Assembly: GCA_027460535.1 (NCBI GenBank)
Contig: JAPZAR010000027.1
Coordinates: 90,001 to 122,000, forward strand
Reading direction: 5' to 3'
DNA: 32,000 nucleotides
Origin: Candidatus Methanoperedens sp.
GTDB lineage: Archaea; Halobacteriota; Methanosarcinia; Methanosarcinales; Methanoperedenaceae
Part shown: positions 1 through 8,325 of the stretch, in pieces
Numbering within the stretch: position 1 is the stretch's first letter
Layout: every line of letters begins with the position of its first letter
Position numbers and translations under genes: made by a program
Notes under the pieces: generated by a model
Told to the model about the DNA's origin: nothing
Databases searched by the model: none
Seen by the model: the letters and a program-made list of their open reading frames with translations, nothing else

Positions 1-177
1 AAAAGCAGTACACAGGACCAGGCAGAAGGCAAGATCCACAAAGTGAAGGGTGAGATCAAGGAAATCGCCGGGAAACTCAGCAAGAATCCCGACCTGGAAA
101 CAGAAGGCAAAGACGAAAAGATAGCCGGCAAAGTTCAAGAAAAGATTGGCCAGATCAAGAAGGTCTTTGGGAAGTAA
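1..177 (+). CDS. CsbD-like general stress protein (5' end outside window)
   Basis: The frame is open from base 1 and ends at TAA 175-177. It translates as KSSTQDQAEGKIHKVKGEIKEIAGKLSKNPDLETEGKDEKIAGKVQEKIGQIKKVFGK, the Lys/Gly/Glu-rich repeat pattern typical of the CsbD family. Confidence 0.7.
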   Translation, partial: KSSTQDQAEGKIHKVKGEIKEIAGKLSKNPDLETEGKDEKIAGKVQEKIGQIKKVFGK

Positions 178-211
178 TATTTATGAACTAGTATAATTTT
201 TTGGGAGGAAA

Positions 212-1222
212 ATGGTAATTATGAATAAAGAATCTACTATTTTCAAAAATATAATTGCTGTGCTGCTTATTTTGGGATTGGCGGCAGGAACGGCGAGTGC
301 GACGCAGGCGCCGGTAAATCTTGGAACAGCCGGAAATTTCGTGATTCTGGCAAAAACAGGAATCTCAACCACTGGAACGACCTCGATTGTTGGAGATATC
401 GGAGTGAGCCCAATCGCCAGCACTGCCATAACTGGATTTGGGTTAATAATGGATGCCTCGAATAAATTTTCCACGTCATCTCTAGTGACCGGAAAAGTAT
501 ATGCAGCCAACTATGCGCCCCCAACTCCATCTACAATGACCACGGCCGTAAGCGACATGCAAACCGCGTACACTGATGCATCCGGACGAACATCACCCGA
601 TCATACTGAACTGGGTGCCGGAAATATTGGTGGGATGACACTCACTCCTGGTCTTTATAAATGGGGGACCGGGGTTACAATACCCCCCGGTGGAGTCACT
701 CTATCGGGCGGCGCAAATGATGTCTGGATATTCCAGATAGCGCAAGATCTCACCGTGGCCAACGGTGCTAAAGTTACTCTTAGCGGGGGCGCACAGGCCA
801 GTAACATCTTCTGGCAGGTCGCCGGCAAAACGACCATTGGAACGACTTCTGACTTCAAGGGAATTATCTTGTCTAAAACGCTGATTTCGCTGAACACCGA
901 CGCAACGCTAGACGGCAGAGCGCTGGCACAGACCGCGGTTACATTAATTGCCAATGTTATCACCGCCCCTGGCGTTAACCCGACAAACACCCCGAGGAGC
1001 ACAGGTGTGGTAACAGGAACTCCGGCTAATCCAACAGTTACGGCTACTCCAGCTAAACTAACAGTTACTGCTACTCCCACTAAATTAACAGTTACGGCTA
1101 CTCCAGCTAAGCCAACAGTTACAACTACTCCGGCACCAACAAATAAGGTACCGGGATTTGAATTTGCACTTGCAATAGCCATACTTTCGGTGGCTTATCT
1201 GTTCGGCAAAAAGAGAAGGTAA
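212..1222 (+). CDS. Secreted DUF3494 (ice-binding-like) beta-solenoid protein with Thr/Pro-rich linker and PGF-CTERM archaeal sorting signal
   Basis: GGGAGG lies just upstream of the ATG. There is an N-terminal signal peptide (LLILGLAAGTASA/TQ). The DUF3494-type N-terminus is VNLGTAGNFVILAKTGISTTGTTSIVGDIGVSP, and LDGRALAQTAVTL lies near the domain end. The C-terminus carries TVTATPAKx repeats followed by PGFEFALAIAILSVAYLFGKKRR. Confidence 0.8.
   Translation: MVIMNKESTIFKNIIAVLLILGLAAGTASATQAPVNLGTAGNFVILAKTGISTTGTTSIVGDIGVSPIASTAITGFGLIMDASNKFSTSSLVTGKVYAANYAPPTPSTMTTAVSDMQTAYTDASGRTSPDHTELGAGNIGGMTLTPGLYKWGTGVTIPPGGVTLSGGANDVWIFQIAQDLTVANGAKVTLSGGAQASNIFWQVAGKTTIGTTSDFKGIILSKTLISLNTDATLDGRALAQTAVTLIANVITAPGVNPTNTPRSTGVVTGTPANPTVTATPAKLTVTATPTKLTVTATPAKPTVTTTPAPTNKVPGFEFALAIAILSVAYLFGKKRR
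1034..1141 (+). repeat. 4 x 27-bp in-frame tandem repeat encoding (T-V-T-A-T-P-A/T-K-L/P)n linker
   Basis: The units are 1034-1060, 1061-1087, 1088-1114 and 1115-1141, each starting with acagtta and nearly identical. A degenerate fifth unit precedes them (GTPANP). Confidence 0.9.
1151..1219 (+). other. PGF-CTERM sorting domain (predicted archaeosortase A substrate signal)
   Basis: A PGF tripeptide is followed by a hydrophobic helix (EFALAIAILSVAYLF) and a basic tail (GKKRR) at the extreme C-terminus. Confidence 0.75.
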
Positions 1223-1248
1223 GCCCAAGCACTCCTCTGGAGAGAGCA

Positions 1249-1405
1249 CGTCAACCGTTGCACCAGCTGACTTCCCACAACCGTCAGTTGACGCCGTGCA
1301 CACGTATGCCACCTGGCATATGTGGACGCGTCCTCAAGGGGCGCAACCCTTGACGTATGGCTTACGCCATACGTGGATATCACTGCGCGATATGCCGGCG
1401 GGCAT
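1249..1405. other. GC-rich cluster of at least five consecutive hairpins / inverted repeats in a convergent intergenic region (candidate structured RNA or protein-binding array)
   Basis: The stems are CGTCAAC 1249-1255 / GTTGACG 1287-1293; CACGTATGCCA 1301-1311 / TGGCATATGTG 1314-1324 (one mismatch); CAAGGG 1335-1340 / CCCTTG 1347-1352; ACGTATGGC 1353-1361 / GCCATACGT 1366-1374; and ATGCC 1392-1396 / GGCAT 1401-1405. The strand is undetermined. Confidence 0.4.
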
Positions 1406-1676
1406 CCGTAATAATTATTATCGTCTTTACTTTTTAACATTATTAAAAATTTCCTATAAATTCCAGAAGTTTTAAACTTTGGCCTCAGTTCTGGCAATAT
1501 TAGCAGTATAGAGCAAAAGCTGGCTCATTTAACAGAGCGGTTGAAAACTCGAAAAAACCGTTCTGGAACTGAAATCTGATCTCTCAGAAATACGGAAAGA
1601 GCCTCTCCGGAAGAACGAAACAACTAGAGCAGGATTGTTTTCGGATTAACTTATCCTATCCGATAACCAGAGGACT

Positions 1677-2216
1677 CTATTTTAAACCCATTTCAGACTG
1701 TTTAAGTTCACTTCTCTTTTTCTCAAGGAACTTATAAACCGGACCGTGAGCAGCACCTTCAAGGAGCATATCGATCCCCTTTCTTGCAACCGCGTTCTGT
1801 TCAGGATATCCGATCAAAGATACGGTTTTTCCATACACGGAAATGTCTGTATTGGTCAGGTTCTCAAAAAGATCCCGTGTCTTTCCGCCACTGCCAATGA
1901 TCCTTCCCCTGATGCGCTCCAGGTCTTTTTCTGTCCTGGCGATATTTGAGAGATCCATTGTTTCGAATATGAGATCTTCGTTATCAAACAGCTTCATGGC
2001 TTTCTCAGGACTGAAACCCATGGCTATAGCATGGACAACCTCTCGTGCACGCATTCCCTTCAGTGCATCTTTAGGATCCCGTATCTCCACATTCCCACCA
2101 TCGCTATCGATATTGAGCGTGGCAGTTGATTTTTCTTCGATCAATTCCCTGGTACTCCCTTTCGGACCTACAAGGATCGCTATCCTCTCAAGCGGAACTT
2201 TAACATATTCTGTCAT
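1677..2216 (-). CDS. KH-domain RNA-binding protein (archaeal Dim2/Pno1-like)
   Basis: The 179-aa product has two KH-type GxxG segments (ILVGPKGSTRELIE and IIGSGGKTRDLFE). GAGGAAGG lies upstream of the ATG at 2216. Confidence 0.8.
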   Translation of the reverse strand: MTEYVKVPLERIAILVGPKGSTRELIEEKSTATLNIDSDGGNVEIRDPKDALKGMRAREVVHAIAMGFSPEKAMKLFDNEDLIFETMDLSNIARTEKDLERIRGRIIGSGGKTRDLFENLTNTDISVYGKTVSLIGYPEQNAVARKGIDMLLEGAAHGPVYKFLEKKRSELKQSEMGLK

Positions 2217-2484
2217 TTTCCTTCCTCTTTCTCTTTATGATTGAAATAACCTCATCATTATTTACAGGGATATTTAATTTTCCGAAATGCGAATCTCCTC
2301 TTCACATCTCCTAAACCGGAAAAGCATACCTTCAGTTGTTGAAATGATAGGATGCCTATGAATCGGATGTCTGGCACAAAGCGATAATCTTTTTCTGTGA
2401 GCACGCTGGTGAAGTTCAGCCATACTTTCTGCAAGGTTTTTGATTAATTCAGCGCATCTGTCAGCAAAACTTCTTCTAACATGC

Positions 2485-4122
2485 TTAATCCATTCCTTCC
2501 ATTCCGCCCATGCCTCCGGGTGGCATGCCTCCTGCTGGCGCGGATTTGCTTGAAAGAACATCATCTATCCTCAGGATCATGGTGGCTGCTTCCGTAGCAG
2601 AATCGATAGCCTGTGTCTTTACCCTGAGAGGCTCAAGCACGCCTTCTTTCCACATGTCCACGACTTTTCCTGTGAAAACATTGAGACCTGCGGTATTTTT
2701 GCCCTTCTCATGCTGACTTCGCATCTCCACAAGGATATCAATGGGATCAAGACCTGCATTCTCCGCAAGGGTTCTGGGGATGATTTCAAGCGCATCGGCA
2801 AATTTTGCGACGGCCAGCTGTTCCCTTCCTGTCAATGTGGCTGAATATTCCCGCAGGCGCAATGCCAGTTCAACTTCAGGTGAGCCGCCTCCGGCTACAA
2901 GTGTCTCATCCTCGATCGCAACTCCAACTACACGCAATGCGTCATGAAGTGCACGCTCGGCTTCATCCACAACGTGTTCGGTTCCTCCGCGAAGAATAAT
3001 GGAGACTGCCTTGGGGTTGTGGCACCCGGTAACATATGTCATTGCCTCCTCACCGATCTTTTTCTCTTCTACAAGATCCGCTTTTCCAATATCAGACTCG
3101 CTGATTTCCTTTAGACCTGTCAGTATCTTTGCACCGGTTGCGCGTGCCAGTTTTTCCATGTCGCTCTTCTTCACTCGCCTTGCTGCGTATATGCCGGCTT
3201 TTGCAAGATAATGCTGTGCAATGTCATCTATTCCCTTCTCAACAAAGACCACGTTTGCGCCGCTATCGATCACTTTGCTGACCATGTCATGCAACATCTG
3301 TTCTTCCTGGTCAAGGAATAACTGGAGCTGGTCAGGTGATTTTATTGAGATCTCAGCTTTAACTTCCGTCTTTTTGATCTCGAGAGCTTCGGTGAGAAGA
3401 AGTATTCTGGCATCATGGACATTCTTTGGCATGTTGGTATGGACTCTTTCCTTATCGATTACCATGCCTTCGATCAGCGCTGATGCCTCTACACTGCCAC
3501 CCACTTTCTTCTCAACTTTGATATCTTCAACATCTACTGTATATTTGCCTTTTTCTTTATCAACCACCGCTAGAATGGCATTTACCGCAAGGTCTGCGAA
3601 AACGTCCTTGGACGCTTCAGCTCCTTTTCCGGTGATCGCTGTCACAGCGATTTTCAATAATAGATCCTTATCTTCCAGGGTCACTGGTTTTGCAAGGGTT
3701 TTAAGGATTTCTTTTGCTTTTATCGATGCAAGCCAGTATCCGCTGGCAATGACTGTGGGATGCACACCCTGCTCTAGGAGTTCTTCGGCATTCTTCAGGA
3801 ATTCACCTGCAAGCACTGCTGCCGTTGTTGTGCCATCTCCGACCTCATCATCCTGGGTCTTTGCGACTTCCACGATCATCTTGGCTGCCGGATGCTCGAT
3901 GTCCATTGCCTGAAGAATGGTGGCACCATCATTCGTGATTACGATGTCTCCCGTTGAGTCCACGAGCATTTTATCCATACCCTTTGGTCCCAGGGTCGTC
4001 CTGACCGCTGCGGCTACAGCCCTGGCAGCCATGATATTGTTATGCTGCGCTTCTCTTCCTTTTGTTCTTTGACTGCCTTCTCTTAGAATATAGATTGGCT
4101 GTCCTGCTAATTGTCCTGTCAT
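2485..4122 (-). CDS. ths: Thermosome subunit (group II chaperonin)
   Basis: Matching segments include [52 protein letters not shown] and a C-terminal [15 protein letters not shown] tail. I moved the start to the ATG at 4122 because GGAGGTTATTT immediately precedes it. The 12-codon extension in the ORF track has no SD. Confidence 0.95.
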   Translation of the reverse strand: MTGQLAGQPIYILREGSQRTKGREAQHNNIMAARAVAAAVRTTLGPKGMDKMLVDSTGDIVITNDGATILQAMDIEHPAAKMIVEVAKTQDDEVGDGTTTAAVLAGEFLKNAEELLEQGVHPTVIASGYWLASIKAKEILKTLAKPVTLEDKDLLLKIAVTAITGKGAEASKDVFADLAVNAILAVVDKEKGKYTVDVEDIKVEKKVGGSVEASALIEGMVIDKERVHTNMPKNVHDARILLLTEALEIKKTEVKAEISIKSPDQLQLFLDQEEQMLHDMVSKVIDSGANVVFVEKGIDDIAQHYLAKAGIYAARRVKKSDMEKLARATGAKILTGLKEISESDIGKADLVEEKKIGEEAMTYVTGCHNPKAVSIILRGGTEHVVDEAERALHDALRVVGVAIEDETLVAGGGSPEVELALRLREYSATLTGREQLAVAKFADALEIIPRTLAENAGLDPIDILVEMRSQHEKGKNTAGLNVFTGKVVDMWKEGVLEPLRVKTQAIDSATEAATMILRIDDVLSSKSAPAGGMPPGGMGGMEGMD

Positions 4123-4540
4123 AAATAACCTCCATCTCGATCGTAAACCGGTCTTCAACCTTCGTGCCGGGGCACGAAAATCACAAAGACTGGATGCTTA
4201 AAAGGGATTCAAGCCCGGGCGGGAACCAATCCATAGTTATTCCGCAAGCAGTTTTACCTGCATTTGGCATTTCTATATCATTCTAAACTTACGAGATTAC
4301 CACGGAGGTTTAGATAATGATCACCCGGTTTACTCTCCATGTAATATGTATAACATTAATGGGATTTATAATTTTGGTACGGAACTGATAATTCATGTAA
4401 CGCAATTGGATATGGCAAAGCTTAAGACTCAAAAAGCCTAGGACTGCAGGCTAATTTCGGAATAAGGAGCAGAGATTAAATGCCTTATGGATTTCTTGAG
4501 GACATTGCAACTGGTGATGCAGCCTTAGGAAGAACGAAAA

Positions 4541-4855
4541 TTAGCTTTTCAAAAATCCCTTGCGATCAAGCCAGTTAGCCTGAGGAGGGCTGTATTTCCA
4601 GATAAGATCAGCCTTTTCATTCTGAAAAGACCATGGAACGATAATAATTACGTCCCCCTCACGGATCCATATCCTTTTTTTCATTTTACCCGGAATGCGG
4701 GTGAGCCTTACTACGCCATCCATACACCTTACACGCAGTTTATTTGCCCCCAAAAGACCTTCAACAGTCCCCAGGATTTCGTGAGCACTTTTTTGCGGAA
4801 TGCGAACTCTGGAAAATTCCTCAGGCTGCTGATTACTATTTAAATTTCTATTCAA
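4541..4855 (-). CDS. eif1a: Translation initiation factor aIF-1A
   Basis: The 104-aa product has an S1/OB-fold pattern: RVRIPQKSAHEILGTVEGLLGANKLRVRCMDGVVRLTRIPGKMKKRIWIREGDVIIIVPW. Confidence 0.9.
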   Translation of the reverse strand: MNRNLNSNQQPEEFSRVRIPQKSAHEILGTVEGLLGANKLRVRCMDGVVRLTRIPGKMKKRIWIREGDVIIIVPWSFQNEKADLIWKYSPPQANWLDRKGFLKS

Positions 4856-5132
4856 TTATACCTCATGATAATTGTCTATATGGTCTCAATCATATGTAAA
4901 GTAACTGATTGTTCGGCATCTTACTAAATTTAATAACCTGACATTATCAGATTGGATAATAAAGAATCCCGCTTCCCGTCGGGCCCTTGCTTTTTCCTCT
5001 AAGACCGCGCATAACATGGCACGAGACTTCTCAAAGACAAATCTGGACACTTTCGTCCATGAAAACTGCAATTACTTGCATAAATAATGAATACGGCTGA
5101 TGTCATTATCGGAATGGCTGTTTCAGTGCTCC

Positions 5133-5534
5133 TCATTTTAAATTTACAAGATAACCTGCAAAATTTTGATTAAATAAAGCACCTGGTCTTTTACTCCGGA
5201 TATAATCAACGATCTCCTGACCTCTCATTCCTCTCATCCATAAAATTACACCGTTAAGCAAACTTGCCCGATTAATTCCTTGTTCGCAATGAACCAGAAC
5301 TTTCATCTTCTTTTTATAAGCCAGATCGTATCCGAAAGATGCAACTCTCTTTAAAATGTCTTGATCCGGCAATCCTGCGTCTTCTATCGTCCATTTCAGA
5401 TAAATTTTAAAATCGGCTGCATCCGGGTCTATGCCACCCGCCAGATCGATGCAAACATCAAACATCTTAACCCTTTCCGCATCGTCTATCATGGAACTCT
5501 GATACAAATTTTCGTCTATTTGAAATATTTCCAT
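5133..5534 (-). CDS. Dual-specificity / Cys-based protein phosphatase
   Basis: The CX5R active-site loop is VLVHCEQGINRAS. The first ATG is at 5534, while the ORF-track start at 5543 is a TTG. Confidence 0.7.
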   Translation of the reverse strand: MEIFQIDENLYQSSMIDDAERVKMFDVCIDLAGGIDPDAADFKIYLKWTIEDAGLPDQDILKRVASFGYDLAYKKKMKVLVHCEQGINRASLLNGVILWMRGMRGQEIVDYIRSKRPGALFNQNFAGYLVNLK

Positions 5535-5878
5535 TAACACCAAATTTTACATATGACTTATATATGATTTACGACATTCAAAGGTTATATTAAATCAGGG
5601 GGTTTCTCGTAAACTCCGCTTTGCATTTTTAATAAGCGCCGCACCTGCTTTTGAAAGCATGTCCTGGCAATTCCTAATTTTTTATGTGATATCTTTTAAA
5701 TATGTGCGTATGATAACTACAACAAAATCAATGTCATCTCAGCGCCCAGTAAGCCAGAACTGAATATTTGCTTATCATCCCGGGGCATAAGCGAAACCTT
5801 TATCTGAAATTACATTTAACATATTCATGAGATGGGGTTAGCGAATATACCATTCCTATCTTAAAAAGGGAGAAGAAT

Positions 5879-6313
5879 ATGCCGAAAATAGTTGTGGTCT
5901 ATCTCAGTACATCAGGAAATACAAAAGCAATGGCAGATGCTATTGCAGAAGGAGCTCAGTCAAGAAACGTTGACGCCGTTGCCATGAATTTCCATGAGGC
6001 AAACATCGAAGAATTGAAAGCCGCAGATGCAATCGCCCTGGGGTCTTCAACATTCCACTACAAGATACTGCCCCCCATGGAAAAATTTATTGAAAGCCTC
6101 GGTAAACTCAATGCCAAAGGGAAGATCGGGGCAGCATTCGGCTCCTATGGTTGGAGCGGTGAGGCCCCGGGAATGATCGCGGAAAAGATGCGTGAAATCG
6201 GCATGAAAGTGATCGATCCTGTGCTGCGCGTCCAGTATGCACCTGCTGAAAAAGACCTCGAAGAATGCAAACGGCTTGGGAAAGATCTCGCAAATAAAAT
6301 AAAGAAAGCATAA
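5879..6313 (+). CDS. Short-chain flavodoxin
   Basis: The FMN phosphate-binding loop is IVVVYLSTSGNTKAMA. The product is 144 aa, and GGGAGAAG lies upstream of the ATG. Confidence 0.85.
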   Translation: MPKIVVVYLSTSGNTKAMADAIAEGAQSRNVDAVAMNFHEANIEELKAADAIALGSSTFHYKILPPMEKFIESLGKLNAKGKIGAAFGSYGWSGEAPGMIAEKMREIGMKVIDPVLRVQYAPAEKDLEECKRLGKDLANKIKKA

Positions 6314-6325
6314 GGAGGTGAATAT

Positions 6326-6592
6326 ATGTTATTCGTACTGTGGTTCCAGTGGGATCCTGAAAACACATCAAAACTTCTTGGACTCTGGAGAGAATTCAAA
6401 TATCCAAAAGAAGTGAAGTTGATAGGCCGATATCTCCTGATCGGAAGGCATGTCTCCATGGCAATATTTAATGCCCCGAATGAGGAAGCCATCCTGAAGA
6501 TAACCTACCCGTTCAGAGAATTGGGCGTTGTTCATATAAATCCAGCGTTACCTCTTGATGAATCACTGGAAATGATGGAAAAGATGGATTGA
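6326..6592 (+). CDS. Small conserved protein, DUF3303-like
   Basis: The 88-aa product is preceded by AAGGAGGTG 6-14 nt upstream. The pattern VKLIGRY...[13 protein letters not shown]...[15 protein letters not shown] resembles DUF3303. The gene sits 12 nt after flavodoxin and 10 nt before catalase. Confidence 0.5.
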   Translation: MLFVLWFQWDPENTSKLLGLWREFKYPKEVKLIGRYLLIGRHVSMAIFNAPNEEAILKITYPFRELGVVHINPALPLDESLEMMEKMD

Positions 6593-6602
6593 GGGAATTT
6601 TA

Positions 6603-8117
6603 ATGAGTAACAGGAATCAGGAGAAGAAATTAACTACGGCCTTTGGGATACCTGTCGCTGACGATCAGAATAGCCTTACTGCCGGAGAACGGGGGCCTGT
6701 CCTGATGCAGGATGTTCACCTGTTAGAGAAGTTAGCTCACTTTGATCGTGAACGTATCCCGGAACGTGTGGTACATGCAAAGGGGGCAGGTGCAGGAGGA
6801 TACTTTGAGGTCACTGCAGATGTTACCAGGTACACAAAGGCAAAGTTCCTTTCTGAAGTTGGCAAGCGAACCGAGGTATTTGTCAGGTTTTCAACTGTGG
6901 GCGGAGAAAAGGGATCAGCAGATGCCGAGCGTGATCCGCGGGGATTTGCGGTGAAGTTTTATACCGAGGAAGGCAACTATGATCTCGTCGGAAATAATAC
7001 CCCGGTTTTTTTCATACGCGACCCTTTAAAATTCCCGGACTTCATACACACGCAGAAGCGTAACCCGGCCACCAACTGTAAGGATCCGGATATGTTCTGG
7101 GATTTCCTTTCCCTGACGCCTGAATCAATTCACCAGGTAACAATTGTCTTTTCCGATCGCGGCATTCCAGCCACGCATCGGAACATGAATGGCTACGGCA
7201 GTCACACATTCAAGTGGTATAACGAGAAGGATGAATATTTCTGGGTGAAATATCATTTCAAGACCGATCAGGGAATTAAAAATCTTACACGGGAGGTCGC
7301 AGAGATCATGCGCGCAAAGGACCCTGACCATGCTACAAGGGATCTCTATGAGGCTATAAAAAGGGGAGATTACCCATCATGGACTGTCCAGATGCAGATA
7401 ATGACGCCTGAGCAGGCAGAAGATTACCGTTTTGATATCCTTGACGTTACTAAAGTCTGGCCCCATGCCGACTTTCCACCCATCGAAGTAGGCAAGATGG
7501 TTTTGAACCGTAATCCTGAAAATTACTTTGCTGAAGTTGAGCAGGCTGCATTTTCCCCGGGAAACCTTGTGCCAGGTATTGCCGCTTCGCCAGATAAGAT
7601 GCTCCAGGGCCGTCTTTTCTCGTATCATGATACCCATATCCATAGACTGGGACCGAACTACCACCTTTTGCCAGTAAATGCGCCGAAAAATGCACCTGAG
7701 AACAGCTATCAGCGTGATGGATTCATGCGTACCGATTCAAACAGTGGTGGCAGCCCGAATTACTGGCCGAACAGTTTCAACGGGCCGGAGCCTGATATTT
7801 CTGCAAAAGAACCTCCTATCGAAATCTCAGGATGTGCAGATCGTTACCCATATATGCATCCCAACGATGATTTTGTTCAGCCCGGCAATCTGTATCGTGA
7901 TGCGATGACCGAACAAGATCGTGAAAACCTGGCAGGTAATATTATCAGTCATCTTGGTGGAGCGCAAAAGCGTATACAACTGCGCCAGACAGCACTATTT
8001 TTCAAGGCAGACCCGGACTATGGTCGTCGGGTGGCGAAGGGGCTTAAACTGGATATCAAAGAAGTTGAGAGATTGGCTAAGATGTCAAATGATGAACGAG
8101 CGAAAGCGACATCTTAG
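6603..8117 (+). CDS. kat: Monofunctional heme catalase (small-subunit type)
   Basis: The segments [51 protein letters not shown] and [17 protein letters not shown] are canonical catalase signatures, including the proximal Tyr region. The product is 504 aa. Confidence 0.95.
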   Translation: MSNRNQEKKLTTAFGIPVADDQNSLTAGERGPVLMQDVHLLEKLAHFDRERIPERVVHAKGAGAGGYFEVTADVTRYTKAKFLSEVGKRTEVFVRFSTVGGEKGSADAERDPRGFAVKFYTEEGNYDLVGNNTPVFFIRDPLKFPDFIHTQKRNPATNCKDPDMFWDFLSLTPESIHQVTIVFSDRGIPATHRNMNGYGSHTFKWYNEKDEYFWVKYHFKTDQGIKNLTREVAEIMRAKDPDHATRDLYEAIKRGDYPSWTVQMQIMTPEQAEDYRFDILDVTKVWPHADFPPIEVGKMVLNRNPENYFAEVEQAAFSPGNLVPGIAASPDKMLQGRLFSYHDTHIHRLGPNYHLLPVNAPKNAPENSYQRDGFMRTDSNSGGSPNYWPNSFNGPEPDISAKEPPIEISGCADRYPYMHPNDDFVQPGNLYRDAMTEQDRENLAGNIISHLGGAQKRIQLRQTALFFKADPDYGRRVAKGLKLDIKEVERLAKMSNDERAKATS

Positions 8118-8269
8118 ATAATATTTTGATGCAAAAATAGTGTCGTTTTGTAAATCCTAATTTGAATCTCAAAGAGCAGGGGCGGTAGTAGAGAAATTAT
8201 TACTGGGATGACATTAAGTGAATTTAGTAAAAGTTATGTACTTTTCCGACAATCTCTGTATATTAAATT

Positions 8270-8301
8270 AAAAAAAAATTGAAAGAAGAAATCCCTTCTT
8301 C
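8270..8301 (-). terminator. Hairpin plus oligo-T terminator candidate downstream of the cytochrome gene
   Basis: On the minus strand, the hairpin GAAGAA-GGGAT-TTCTTC (8285-8301) is followed by TTTCAA and a run of nine T (plus-strand A-run 8270-8278). It starts about 25 nt after the stop at 8326. Confidence 0.5.
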
Positions 8302-8325
8302 CATTCTATTTTATATATCTATTTT

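Noticed and set aside
655-1182. A 175-aa minus-strand ORF antisense to the DUF3494 gene
   Set aside because: This is a shadow ORF in a GC-richer, repeat-containing gene. Its translation is a monotonous Val/Ala/Gly/Thr string that mirrors the sense-strand repeats.
1195-1497. A 100-aa minus-strand ORF covering the hairpin cluster
   Set aside because: It overlaps the 3' end of the DUF3494 gene. Its reading frame is a by-product of GC-rich palindromes, and the translation shows no protein-like pattern.
2274-2564. A 96-aa minus-strand ORF spanning the thermosome 3' end and the gap before the KH gene, with a possible 49-aa version from the ATG at 2423
   Set aside because: It overlaps the thermosome C-terminus in another frame. 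The shorter version is basic and His-rich, with no SD or recognisable family. I cannot tell it apart from a 3' UTR or intergenic sequence without conservation or ribosome-profiling data.
3221-3913. A 230-aa plus-strand ORF, with several shorter ones between 2510 and 3211, inside the thermosome locus
   Set aside because: These ORFs are antisense to an unambiguous, highly conserved thermosome gene. Their low-complexity Ser/Thr/Phe-rich translations are typical of shadow ORFs, and they have no SD.
4317-4388. A 23-aa hydrophobic mini-ORF (MITRFTLHVICITLMGFIILVRN) with GGAGGT 7 nt upstream
   Set aside because: The SD is good, but the ORF is too short to evaluate by composition, and it could arise by chance in a 380-bp AT-rich spacer. 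Ribosome profiling or conservation data would be needed.
4480-4578. A 32-aa plus-strand ORF with an AAGGAG SD whose first residues (MPYGFLEDIATGDAA) vaguely recall an archease N-terminus
   Set aside because: The similarity is limited to about 12 residues and rests on memory alone. The ORF runs into the aIF-1A gene on the opposite strand and cannot encode a full archease. At best it is a gene remnant, so I have not reported it as a feature.
4886-5071. A 61-aa minus-strand ORF between aIF-1A and the phosphatase gene
   Set aside because: It begins with TTG, has no SD and shows no recognisable motif. The first ATG leaves only about 40 codons. It is more likely the aIF-1A promoter or leader region.
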